Shown here: positions 9,475-18,432 of the stretch, piece by piece
Position numbering within the stretch: the first letter of the stretch is position 1
Layout of the letters: the number at the start of each line of letters is the position of its first letter
Assembly (NCBI GenBank): GCA_016721315.1
Contig: JADKIL010000006.1
Coordinates: 82,831 to 146,830 of the forward strand
DNA length: 64,000 nt
Direction: 5' to 3'
Origin: Candidatus Villigracilis vicinus
GTDB lineage: Bacteria; Chloroflexota; Anaerolineae; Anaerolineales; Villigracilaceae
The notes under the pieces: model-generated
Seen by the model: the letters and a program-made list of their open reading frames with translations, nothing else
Database searches by the model: none
Told to the model about the DNA's origin: nothing
Position numbers and translations under genes: made by a program

Positions 9475-10992
9475 GAAGAGGGCTGTCACTGCCTTGTTGA
9501 TAATATTCAAAATCCACATCGGCCAGAGACCCGTGAAGAGCATCAGCGCCATCAACGGCACCATCACAAGGATCTCGCGCAAGTTGATCTCGGTCAGTTT
9601 ATGTTCACCGTGAGCCCAGTGCTCGTTCATGGGTCCATGCAGGACCTTTTTGATGCCCTTGAGGATATAAGCACCAGTAAAGAGCAAGCCGAGCATGGAG
9701 ATGGCGGTGTAGATGGTCAACGGCTGGTAGGAGCCTCGCACGATCATGAATTCGGAAACAAAACCGTTCAAGCCCGGCAAACCAAGCGACGCCATCGAGG
9801 TAAAGATCAAAATGCCGCCGTAGATCGGCACAAGCGGGAACAAACCGCCGAATTCGTCCAAATTACGGGTATGTGTGCGCTCGTAGATCACGCCAACAAG
9901 GAAGAACATTCCCGCCGCAGAGAGACCATGATTGAACATCTGCAAGACAGCACCGCTCATGGCGATCTGCGCATCGGCGGTACCGGCGGCAAGTCCGGCT
10001 GCGGCAATACCAAGCACAACAAAGCCCATATGGTTCACTGACGAATAAGCAACCAAACGCTTGAAATCCGTCTGACCAAAGGAGCCGAACGCACCAAAGA
10101 CAATGGCTCCCACAGCCAGAACTGCCAGCGCGCCCGCGAATATCTTGGCTTCAAGAGGATACAACGGAAGCACCAGGCGAATAAACCCGTATGCACCAAG
10201 TTTGAGCAACACACCCGCAAGGATCATCGAACCAGCAGTTGGAGCTTCCGTATGTGCATCCGGCAGCCATGTGTGGAAGGGCCACAAAGGAACTTTTACC
10301 GCAAATGCGATTGCAAACGCCCAGAAGGCGATCGTCTTGACTGTGCCAACGGTCATGCCCATAAGGATGGTATCCGCTGACAGTGAATTCCACTGTTGAT
10401 AGAGGGCAAGCAGGTCGTACGTCCCGAAAAGAACGCCGAGCATCTGCACTGCGAGCAACAAGCCAAGCGAGCCGCCCATGGTATAGATCATGAACTTAAG
10501 CGAGGCATAGTCGCGGTTGGCACTCCCCCATTGATTGATGAGGAAGTACATTGGCACCAAACCGATCTCCCAAAAGACAAAGAAGATCAACAGGTCTAAA
10601 GCCAGAAAAACACCCAGCATGCCTGTTTCGAGGAACAGGAAGAGCATCATGTAAGGCTTGACGCGGTCTGTCACGCTGAAAGAAGCGAGAATGGCAAGCG
10701 GCGTCAGGAAGGTGGTGAGGAAAACCATCGCCAATGAAATACCGTCAACGCCAACATGGAAGGAAGCATTGATGGCGGCATACCAGGTATATTTTTCCTG
10801 AAATTGAAAACCCGCGGCGTTCGCATCGAAGCGATTCCACAGGACGAGCGTCAGGATGAAGGGGATCAGGCTGGCGCTGAAAGCGAACCAACGTTGAAGC
10901 CGCGCATCGCTCGGTAAAAAGAGCATGATCACTGCCGATATCGCAGGCAGGAAGAGGATCAGGCTAAGGAGATGTGTGCTGAAAAAGTCCAT
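9472..10992 (-). CDS. nuoM: Complex I subunit M (first copy)
   Basis: FWEIGLVP, AVKVPLWPFHTWLPDAHTEAP, LLKLG, GFVSEF. Confidence 0.95.
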   Translation of the reverse strand: MDFFSTHLLSLILFLPAISAVIMLFLPSDARLQRWFAFSASLIPFILTLVLWNRFDANAAGFQFQEKYTWYAAINASFHVGVDGISLAMVFLTTFLTPLAILASFSVTDRVKPYMMLFLFLETGMLGVFLALDLLIFFVFWEIGLVPMYFLINQWGSANRDYASLKFMIYTMGGSLGLLLAVQMLGVLFGTYDLLALYQQWNSLSADTILMGMTVGTVKTIAFWAFAIAFAVKVPLWPFHTWLPDAHTEAPTAGSMILAGVLLKLGAYGFIRLVLPLYPLEAKIFAGALAVLAVGAIVFGAFGSFGQTDFKRLVAYSSVNHMGFVVLGIAAAGLAAGTADAQIAMSGAVLQMFNHGLSAAGMFFLVGVIYERTHTRNLDEFGGLFPLVPIYGGILIFTSMASLGLPGLNGFVSEFMIVRGSYQPLTIYTAISMLGLLFTGAYILKGIKKVLHGPMNEHWAHGEHKLTEINLREILVMVPLMALMLFTGLWPMWILNIINKAVTALF

Positions 10993-11002
10993 CGCTTGGC
11001 TC

Positions 11003-13123
11003 CTATGCCATCAACAGGAAGTACAGCAGCCCGCCGACCACGAACAGAACGATCAACGAGAGAATAAGATACTGCTGGATGCGTCCCGTTTGAATGGGGC
11101 GAAGATTTCTGCCGAACCACCAGGTCACTTCGGCGGAACCATCGCCAAAGAAATGATTGATGACGGGCAGGTCAAAGTAATTGCGGATCGCGCTTCCGAC
11201 TCCGCCGGTGGCGGGTCCGAATAGGTGAAGGATGCCATCGATGAAGCCTTTATCCATCCACTTGGAGACGAAGACTTCCGAGAACCAGACAGCGGGTTTG
11301 ATGAACAAAACATTGTAAAGTTCATCCACATACCACTTGTTCTTGAGAACAGGGATCTGTAGCTTGTCTTCAGCGGGAGACTTCACATTACGATACGCGA
11401 AATATCCAGCCGTTAGACCGCCAAGGGCGACCAAGAGCGATGTGCCCAACGGAACGATATTGAAGGCTAATTCTTCAGAATGTTCGTGCAGCATCGACCC
11501 AATAAAATGATGGAACCAGTTTTCAACCAATCCACCGGTGATCCACTTGGGCATGCCCACCCAGCCAAAGCCAACCGCGAACACAGAAAGAACGATCAAC
11601 GGGGTTGTCATCGTCCACGGAGTTTCATGCGCGTGTTTGGCTTCTTCCGTGCGAGCTTCACCAAAGAAGGTCAAGGTGATCTGGCGCATGGTGTAAAAAG
11701 CGGTCAGGAAGGCGGCAATGGCGAGGGTGAAGAAAACAATTGTATGTCCATGTGCCCACGCATCCGCAAGGATTTCATCCTTCGACCAGAAGCCAGCAGT
11801 TACCAGCGGGAAACCGGAAAGGGCGAAACCGCCGATGAGGAAGGTCCAGAAAGTTTTGGGCATTTTGTCTTTCAAACCGCCCATGTTGAACATATCTTGC
11901 GGGTCTACTTTGTGGTTACCCGTGTGTAGAACACCGTGCTCCATACCGTGGATGACGGAACCGGAACCAAGAAAGAGTAACGCCTTAAAGAAGGCGTGGG
12001 TTACCAGATGGAAAGTCGCCGCGACATAAGCATGAATGCCGAGCGCTGCGATCATAAAACCAAGCTGGGAAATGGTTGAATATGCCAAAACACGTTTGAT
12101 ATCGTTCTGGGCAACTGCAATGGTGGCAGCGAAAATCGCTGTAAATGCACCAATGAACGCCACAACCGTCATGGTCTTTTCATCGAGGCTGATGATCGGG
12201 AACATGCGGATGACCGCATATACACCTGCGGAGACCATCGTCGCCGCATGGATCATGGCGCTGACGGGGGTCGGACCTTCCATCGCGTCTGGCAGCCAGA
12301 CATGCAACGGGAACTGGGCAGATTTCCCTACCGTGCCAATGAAGAGCAACAGACCGATCAAACCAGCGGCCGAAAGACCAAAGATGCCCGTAGGAACAGA
12401 AGCGAGGGCGTGTAAAACTTCTTCGCTGAAAATGTCACGGAAGGAAAGTGAACCGGTCACGCTGTAAAGGAAAGCGATACCTAAGAGCATGAACACATCG
12501 CCGATGCGGGTGGTCATGAAGGCTTTGATCGCCGCATTACGCGCAGATTCTTTGCCGTACCAGAAACCGATCAGCAGGTAGGAGCACAACCCCATGATCT
12601 CCCAGCCGACAAACATGGTCAGCACGTTATCGGAAACCACAAGGGTGAGCATGCCAAAAGCGAACAAGCCGATGAAAGCGAAGAAGCGTGAGTACATCGG
12701 CTCCACTGAAGGGACAGTGTGTCCGTGAACAGTCGCGCCATGAGGCGGCAACCCGGCATGGTCATGGTCGCCTGCCGGCTGACCGAAGTTGTGGTATCCG
12801 ATACTGTAGACGAAGATCATCAACACACACCAGGCGACGAAGAACAAAACCGTGGCAGAGAGCGGGTCGATAAGTACACCGATCTTCAAAAACGTATCAC
12901 CCGTCGGCAGCCAATTAATCGAGGAGGTGAACGGGTGTTCAGCCAAATGTTCCACGCCCAACGAGCGGACAAAAACGATCATCGCGCCCAGCCAGGAAAG
13001 GAAAGCCGCGCCTACAGCCACAGAATGGCTCAGCGCTTTGCTCCGATTCGTGAACAAGACGATCAGAAAGAACGCCAGTGCAGGCGGGAGGGGAAGTAAC
13101 CAGATAATTAATTCAGTAGACAT
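11003..13123 (-). CDS. nuoL: Complex I subunit L with a lengthened lateral helix
   Basis: GKSAQFPLHVWLPDAMEGPTPVSA, HAFFKALLFL; 706 aa. Confidence 0.95.
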   Translation of the reverse strand: MSTELIIWLLPLPPALAFFLIVLFTNRSKALSHSVAVGAAFLSWLGAMIVFVRSLGVEHLAEHPFTSSINWLPTGDTFLKIGVLIDPLSATVLFFVAWCVLMIFVYSIGYHNFGQPAGDHDHAGLPPHGATVHGHTVPSVEPMYSRFFAFIGLFAFGMLTLVVSDNVLTMFVGWEIMGLCSYLLIGFWYGKESARNAAIKAFMTTRIGDVFMLLGIAFLYSVTGSLSFRDIFSEEVLHALASVPTGIFGLSAAGLIGLLLFIGTVGKSAQFPLHVWLPDAMEGPTPVSAMIHAATMVSAGVYAVIRMFPIISLDEKTMTVVAFIGAFTAIFAATIAVAQNDIKRVLAYSTISQLGFMIAALGIHAYVAATFHLVTHAFFKALLFLGSGSVIHGMEHGVLHTGNHKVDPQDMFNMGGLKDKMPKTFWTFLIGGFALSGFPLVTAGFWSKDEILADAWAHGHTIVFFTLAIAAFLTAFYTMRQITLTFFGEARTEEAKHAHETPWTMTTPLIVLSVFAVGFGWVGMPKWITGGLVENWFHHFIGSMLHEHSEELAFNIVPLGTSLLVALGGLTAGYFAYRNVKSPAEDKLQIPVLKNKWYVDELYNVLFIKPAVWFSEVFVSKWMDKGFIDGILHLFGPATGGVGSAIRNYFDLPVINHFFGDGSAEVTWWFGRNLRPIQTGRIQQYLILSLIVLFVVGGLLYFLLMA

Positions 13124-13129
13124 AACTCC

Positions 13130-13441
13130 CTACCACTTCAACATATCGAGTTCATCTGCGATCACCGTATTGCGGCGGCGATACACAGAAATGACCAATG
13201 CCAGACCTACAGATACTTCGGCAGCGGCTACAGCAAACACGATGACAGAAAAAACCTGCCCAGACATCGAGGTTAGTACATCGCTGTAACGCCAGAAGGA
13301 TACGAGGTTGATATTCACAGCGTTGAGCATCAACTCAATGCCGAGAAGGATCGCGATGGCGTTACGACGCACCAGCACACCAAACAAGCCAATGCCGAAC
13401 AATGCCGCCGCAAGAAGTAGATACCAGGAAAGAGGAACCAT
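13130..13441 (-). CDS. nuoK: Complex I subunit K
   Basis: IELMLNAVN and VAAAEVSVGLA motifs. Confidence 0.95.
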   Translation of the reverse strand: MVPLSWYLLLAAALFGIGLFGVLVRRNAIAILLGIELMLNAVNINLVSFWRYSDVLTSMSGQVFSVIVFAVAAAEVSVGLALVISVYRRRNTVIADELDMLKW

Positions 13442-13455
13442 ATTTGTGTGCCTCC

Positions 13456-13965
13456 TTATTTTTTATTGAACGCGACATACACCGCGCCCACCAATGCCGC
13501 CAATAAAAGCACAGACGCCACTTCGAACGGCAACACATACGCCTCAGGCGAAACCAACGCCTCGCCCAACAAACCGACCGCATCGAACCCCGCCGGAAGC
13601 TCTGCCGCTGTCTTCGTGAAGCCGCTCCAACCTGAAAGCAGGAACACCAACCCGGTAAACGCAAGCACAGCCACCAACGCGCCAGCCCACCAACTCTTGT
13701 TCATCTGCTGTCCAGAATCACGCATATCCTTGCGGGTGAGCATTACGGCAAAGATGAAGAGGATGGCAATGGCACCGATGTAAACCACTACCTGCACTAC
13801 AGCGATAAAACTCGCATTCAAAAGTGCATAAACCACTGCCACGCCGAACAATGTGGAAACCAGCCACAAAGCAGCGTGAACGAGATTGCGGGTCGTCACC
13901 ACCATCAGCGCAGAGCCAAGGGTATAAAGTGCAACCACGAGAAAAATTATTTGAGCACCAGTCAT
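13456..13965 (-). CDS. nuoJ: Complex I subunit J
   Basis: QVVVYIGAIAILFIFAVML and PFEVASVLLL motifs. Confidence 0.95.
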   Translation of the reverse strand: MTGAQIIFLVVALYTLGSALMVVTTRNLVHAALWLVSTLFGVAVVYALLNASFIAVVQVVVYIGAIAILFIFAVMLTRKDMRDSGQQMNKSWWAGALVAVLAFTGLVFLLSGWSGFTKTAAELPAGFDAVGLLGEALVSPEAYVLPFEVASVLLLAALVGAVYVAFNKK

Positions 13966-13980
13966 GTCACATTCTCCCGA

Positions 13981-15174
13981 TTAGTGCGAAACTTCCGCAA
14001 CCTTTTTGGGACCCTCCAGCCGTTCACGTTCATTTCGGGTTGCCGAACGCGCGATCTCCAGCGCGATCCAACCGGTCACTACATTTGCCAGGAACATGCC
14101 CAGGACGTAGAGCCAGGTCGGAGCGGAGGCGAGAAGCGCATTCATCAATGCGGTCACCAGCAAAAGGGCAAAGGACAACGGCGTGAGAAATTTCCAGTTA
14201 AATGAAAGCATCTGATCGATACGGATGCGCATCATGGTGTATTTGACCCACATGATGACCCAATACCCAAGCATCGCTTTGAAGATCATGACCAGGATCG
14301 CCAGGAATGGGCTGACCTGCTCGAGACCGAAGAAGCGGTAGCCGCCAAAGAACAGGATCGACCAAAAACCGCCAAAGGTAAAAGCGTGCAGGAGTTCGCC
14401 CGCATAGAACATACCGAACTTCATGCCGGAATATTCAATATTGAAGCCGGACACCAACTCAGACTCGCCTTCAGCAAGATCGAAGGGAGCGCGCCCCAGT
14501 TCGGCAATGGCGGCGATGAGGAAGATCAACGCGCCAAGCGGCGAAATCCAGACAAACCAGACATCCTGCGCCCCGATGATCGCGTTCATATTCATCGACC
14601 CGGAAAAAATGGTGGGGATGAGCAGCATGGTCAGCATGGGAACTTCGAAGGAAACCATCACCGCTACCTGACGGAAACCGCCGATCATCGCGAACTTGTT
14701 GTTCGATGACCAGCCCGCCATGATGATGGAAAGAGTTCCGATGGCGCCCGCAGCAATAAGGAACAGCGCGCCGACGTTCAAATCCACGCCCAACATCACA
14801 GGCGCAAGCGGAACCACCGCCCACAGGATCAACACAGACATCATCGAAAGGATCGGGGCGAGGTTGTAGACTACCTTATCCGCCCCGCCAGGCGTTGTAT
14901 CCTCTTTGATAATGAGTTTGATAATGTCAGCGAAAGGTTGGATCAATCCGTACGGACCCAAACGGTTGGGGCCCAAACGGTCCTGGAAGCGCGCTACGAC
15001 TTTGCGCTCGATCCAAACCAAAAAGATATCCAGCACCATCAACACTGTGATGAGCAGGAGCACACCGAGAAAGGCGACAAGTACATGGGAGAGTACAGCG
15101 TTCATACCCCAACCCATGAAGACACCCTCCAACCAGTCTGCAGCGACTTTTAAGGGGTCATTCCAAAAACTCAT
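13981..15174 (-). CDS. nuoH: Complex I subunit H
   Basis: ERKVVARFQDRLGPNRLGP, RAPFDLAEGESELVSG, RIRIDQ. Confidence 0.95.
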   Translation of the reverse strand: MSFWNDPLKVAADWLEGVFMGWGMNAVLSHVLVAFLGVLLLITVLMVLDIFLVWIERKVVARFQDRLGPNRLGPYGLIQPFADIIKLIIKEDTTPGGADKVVYNLAPILSMMSVLILWAVVPLAPVMLGVDLNVGALFLIAAGAIGTLSIIMAGWSSNNKFAMIGGFRQVAVMVSFEVPMLTMLLIPTIFSGSMNMNAIIGAQDVWFVWISPLGALIFLIAAIAELGRAPFDLAEGESELVSGFNIEYSGMKFGMFYAGELLHAFTFGGFWSILFFGGYRFFGLEQVSPFLAILVMIFKAMLGYWVIMWVKYTMMRIRIDQMLSFNWKFLTPLSFALLLVTALMNALLASAPTWLYVLGMFLANVVTGWIALEIARSATRNERERLEGPKKVAEVSH

Positions 15175-15195
15175 AAATCACTCCTATTACACAAA

Positions 15196-15231
15196 GAGAA
15201 GGCTGAAAGGATATCTCCCGTCAGCCTTCTC
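15196..15231 (-). terminator. Stem-loop between nuoA and nuoH (partial terminator or mRNA stabiliser)
   Basis: GAGAAGGCTGA / TCAGCCTTCTC 11-bp inverted repeat followed by TTTGT on the minus strand. Confidence 0.55.
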
Positions 15232-15249
15232 AATGAATTTATTTCAGAT

Positions 15250-15603
15250 TTACGCCCATTCCAACATTCCCTTGCGCCATGTATAAACCAGCCCAACGAC
15301 TAGAATGGCAACAAAGACAATGCCCTCGATCACGGCATACAAGCCAAGCTGACCAAGTTTTACAGCCCACGGGAAAAGGAATACCGCTTCAACATCGAAT
15401 ACCAGAAAGACCAGGGCAAAGATATAGTACTGCGCCTTGAATTGAATCCACGCTTCACCTACAGGCTCAATACCGCATTCATAGGTTGACTCTTTAATGG
15501 GATTCGGCTTCTTGGGACCAAAAATAAAGCCAGCGGCGATCGCGCCAATTGGGATGATCAAACCCACAATGATAAATAAGGCGACATACAACCACTCATT
15601 CAT
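15250..15603 (-). CDS. nuoA: Complex I subunit A
   Basis: YECG and FLVFDVEAVFLFPWA motifs. Confidence 0.95.
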   Translation of the reverse strand: MNEWLYVALFIIVGLIIPIGAIAAGFIFGPKKPNPIKESTYECGIEPVGEAWIQFKAQYYIFALVFLVFDVEAVFLFPWAVKLGQLGLYAVIEGIVFVAILVVGLVYTWRKGMLEWA

Positions 15604-15704
15604 TTATTTAGCTCCATTGGGAAATGTGTTACAACTCGCGCATTGTACCATAAAGAACAATTTAGCCCCCCGTTAATGGTTGTCAATTTTTTGGGTGATA
15701 TTTG

Positions 15705-16508
15705 TCACGTTTTCTTTTTTGCCTTACTTGCTTTCCGTTTGCTCTTCGACAATCGTTCAAATAGGGATTTGACAATATCCTTGAAGAATGGGAAACCCAC
15801 GATCACGCCCAATACAGAGCCGACTACACCGGAAGACTTTACAAAATTGGTTGAAAACCCGAAAAAGTCAACAACTTTTATATCAAAGATCTGAGCGGCA
15901 ATCTCTTTTCGTTCTTTTTCACCAGTGGAGCGATTCTCAAAATTTAGGAATAACCAGATCGTGCCTCCATAGGTGCCAACATCCTGAGCGCGGACACTCC
16001 AGGTGAAGGTAACCCGTTCTCCCGGCTTGAGGGGTCTGAATGTAGCCCCCGAGGGTTCAACTTCCAACCCAGCTACCTCATAAAAAGCTTCTGCTGTGAC
16101 ATTGTGAGTCTCGTACAAGTTGGGAATCTGAATGACTTCCCCTTCAATGACATTCCCGTCAACCAGAGCAGTTGGCGTGATGTTTCCCAGATCGTCCACT
16201 TCAAGCGCGAGACGAATCACATCACTACCGGAACCTACCTTGATCTGAGTAGGATACTCCAAAGTCAGGCGACGGGTTTCAAGCAGAGCCGGAGCAGTTT
16301 CATCTCCTCCACCAGTCACAGGAATAATAAACTCAGAAGTTGGGGTGGCAGGCGGATTAGCAGTGGGAGAATCTGGAGATTCTTCTGTGGAAGCTGCCGG
16401 TTCAGCTGTCATTGCTGGGGCACTTCCGCATGCAGAAAGGATAACGAAGGCAATAGCAACAAGACCAATGAGTATAAGATTACGGAGAGTAAAAAGAGGC
16501 GTTCTCAT
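15705..16508 (-). CDS. Hypothetical lipoprotein with a C-terminal TM helix
   Basis: Lipobox LSAC, Pro/Thr linker, beta-rich domain, C-terminal hydrophobic helix and basic tail. Confidence 0.7.
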   Translation of the reverse strand: MRTPLFTLRNLILIGLVAIAFVILSACGSAPAMTAEPAASTEESPDSPTANPPATPTSEFIIPVTGGGDETAPALLETRRLTLEYPTQIKVGSGSDVIRLALEVDDLGNITPTALVDGNVIEGEVIQIPNLYETHNVTAEAFYEVAGLEVEPSGATFRPLKPGERVTFTWSVRAQDVGTYGGTIWLFLNFENRSTGEKERKEIAAQIFDIKVVDFFGFSTNFVKSSGVVGSVLGVIVGFPFFKDIVKSLFERLSKSKRKASKAKKKT

Positions 16509-16674
16509 ACAACAGAAGTCAGTGAAAATTGAAATGAAGAAGGAGTCGGTAGCCGCATTTCAGTCGGCGATATGGTCTGAATACGGGTTTCGCGCGGATT
16601 TGGCAAAAAACCCCAAAATAGAAGAAAAAGAGAAATAACCAAAATAAGCAGAGCGAATACCAGACGGATATTTT

Positions 16675-17427
16675 TCATCGCTGCACCTCTTCTACTTCAA
16701 TATACCACTTGACACGCGTCCCAACGCGATCACGCAGTTGCCATGCCATCGGTTTGGGCATCTCGGCAAATGTACGTCGAATATCGTTGATGCGCCCTAT
16801 AACTAGCGCCTTCTCTTCGTCATTAAGCGGAATTTCGTTCTTCTGCAACATCGCTTCGATCTTATCGAGATTGAGTGACGTGGTCTTGTACAAACCCCAA
16901 TCTGCACTGCCTAACTGTGCCAATATCTTGAGGTTGATAGTTTCGTTATCGCCTTCGCCAGTTTTGTTATTCAACAGAATGGACGTGAGGTCGAAAGCAT
17001 CTTTTCGATTAAGTTCGATGATCTGTACCTTGGAAAGGAACAGCTCAGCCAAGGGAATGGTAATCGGATCAGCATTAAGACGTTCTTCGAGCGGGATTCT
17101 GTGGCACATCTCAAAGTGACCAACGAAAATATCTACTTTCATCTCAGATGGGTTGTGATAATAGATCTGGCGTTGGTCGCCATTCAGGACATTGAATTGT
17201 TTATGCGGAACATAGCCGACTTCGGGCATGAAGGCTTCGAATTCGCGGCGTTGTTTGAGCGGGACGCAAAAATCCAGGTCGGCGAATTCGCGTTTGAAGA
17301 GCGGATGCTTGGTCTTGTTATGTGTTTCCACTGCCAACCCGCCAATGGCACGGAGTTGGATCTTTTTTGCGTTCGCGGCTTCCACGAGGCGGTACATTTC
17401 CTGCACGAGGTCGAGTTGTGATTCCAT
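16675..17427 (-). CDS. Pol-beta-superfamily nucleotidyltransferase-like protein
   Basis: IGGLAV...ADLDF (hG[GS]...DxD) plus a later VDIF acidic residue. Confidence 0.7.
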   Translation of the reverse strand: MESQLDLVQEMYRLVEAANAKKIQLRAIGGLAVETHNKTKHPLFKREFADLDFCVPLKQRREFEAFMPEVGYVPHKQFNVLNGDQRQIYYHNPSEMKVDIFVGHFEMCHRIPLEERLNADPITIPLAELFLSKVQIIELNRKDAFDLTSILLNNKTGEGDNETINLKILAQLGSADWGLYKTTSLNLDKIEAMLQKNEIPLNDEEKALVIGRINDIRRTFAEMPKPMAWQLRDRVGTRVKWYIEVEEVQR

Positions 17428-17464
17428 CAAAGAGGTTTCCTGCTTCCCATTTTACTCTTGTTGC

Positions 17465-18364
17465 TTATTGCGTTACATCCTTCATCCAGATGGAAAACTC
17501 AGCCGAGTCCATTTTCTCTACTGCCCTGCCCCAGCGTTCGAGCGCCCAGCCCCAGAAGTCAAATTCGATAGTGGAGATACTGGCTTGAATAGCCGCCCAT
17601 AAGCCCCACCCCACGTCAGACATGATCATATTGAGTTTCATACGCGCGATCAGTTGCGGAGTGGCTTCACCAAAATAGGCAGCGCAGACTTCTTTGATCT
17701 GCTCATCATTGAATTGCATTTCCTGACAAGTATTGCCCAGCTCAAAAGTTGGGTCGTTGTTGCCGCTGTATTCATAATCGATCAGCCAGAGTTGTTTGCC
17801 ATCGTCGATGTAGTTTTCGGCGAGCAAGTCGTTATTGCATGGGACGGTTGCGAGCGGCTTGACCGACATAGCTTTTTCGATCTCGTTCACGGTGGGCATC
17901 CGCTCGGGGTAGCCTGCGGGGATTTTGAAGCCGCGCTCACTGCACAGGCGTAGGTAATACTCTGTGAGGCGGAACATGTTGAAGTCGGTGAGGAAGCGTT
18001 CGCCAGCGTGGAGTCGTTTTATGGCGTGCGCCATGCGGGAGGGCATCTCAGGCTCGTTAAGGGAATCTTTCGACATGGTTTTGCCATCCAAGAATTCCAG
18101 GATCATCACGTTGTGCTGCGGGAAATAATTCAGCACCTTGGGCGCGACACCTGCATTGGCGGCCGCCTGGGTGTTGTGATATTCGTTGTTGCGGTCGATG
18201 GCGAGCAGATCGGTACTTTCACCAGGCACGCGGACGAAATAGGGTTTGCCATCAACAGTGACTTTGTAATTGGTGTTGGTGAGCCCGCCTGAAAGCTGGT
18301 GAATGGAAATATCTTTCCCTTTCCAATCCTCCACTTTGGCGGCAATTTCTTCGATAATGGACAT
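17465..18364 (-). CDS. Choline/ethanolamine kinase-family phosphotransferase
   Basis: LSGGLTNTNY, CNNDLLAEN (Brenner-like motif), IDYEYS. Confidence 0.85.
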   Translation of the reverse strand: MSIIEEIAAKVEDWKGKDISIHQLSGGLTNTNYKVTVDGKPYFVRVPGESTDLLAIDRNNEYHNTQAAANAGVAPKVLNYFPQHNVMILEFLDGKTMSKDSLNEPEMPSRMAHAIKRLHAGERFLTDFNMFRLTEYYLRLCSERGFKIPAGYPERMPTVNEIEKAMSVKPLATVPCNNDLLAENYIDDGKQLWLIDYEYSGNNDPTFELGNTCQEMQFNDEQIKEVCAAYFGEATPQLIARMKLNMIMSDVGWGLWAAIQASISTIEFDFWGWALERWGRAVEKMDSAEFSIWMKDVTQ

Positions 18365-18386
18365 ACGCAGCTCCTGAAAATTAAAG

Positions 18387-18418
18387 AGACCTGACAGGCT
18401 CTAGAGCCTGTCAGGTCT
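18387..18418. repeat. Perfect 32-bp palindrome (REP-like)
   Basis: AGACCTGACAGGCTCTAGAGCCTGTCAGGTCT is its own reverse complement. Confidence 0.8.
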
Positions 18419-18432
18419 TTTATTTAATTCAA

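Noticed and set aside
6447-13441. Mrp antiporter or hydrogenase membrane arm instead of complex I
   Set aside because: Clear NuoA, H, J and K motifs, and no MrpE/F/G or hydrogenase subunits.
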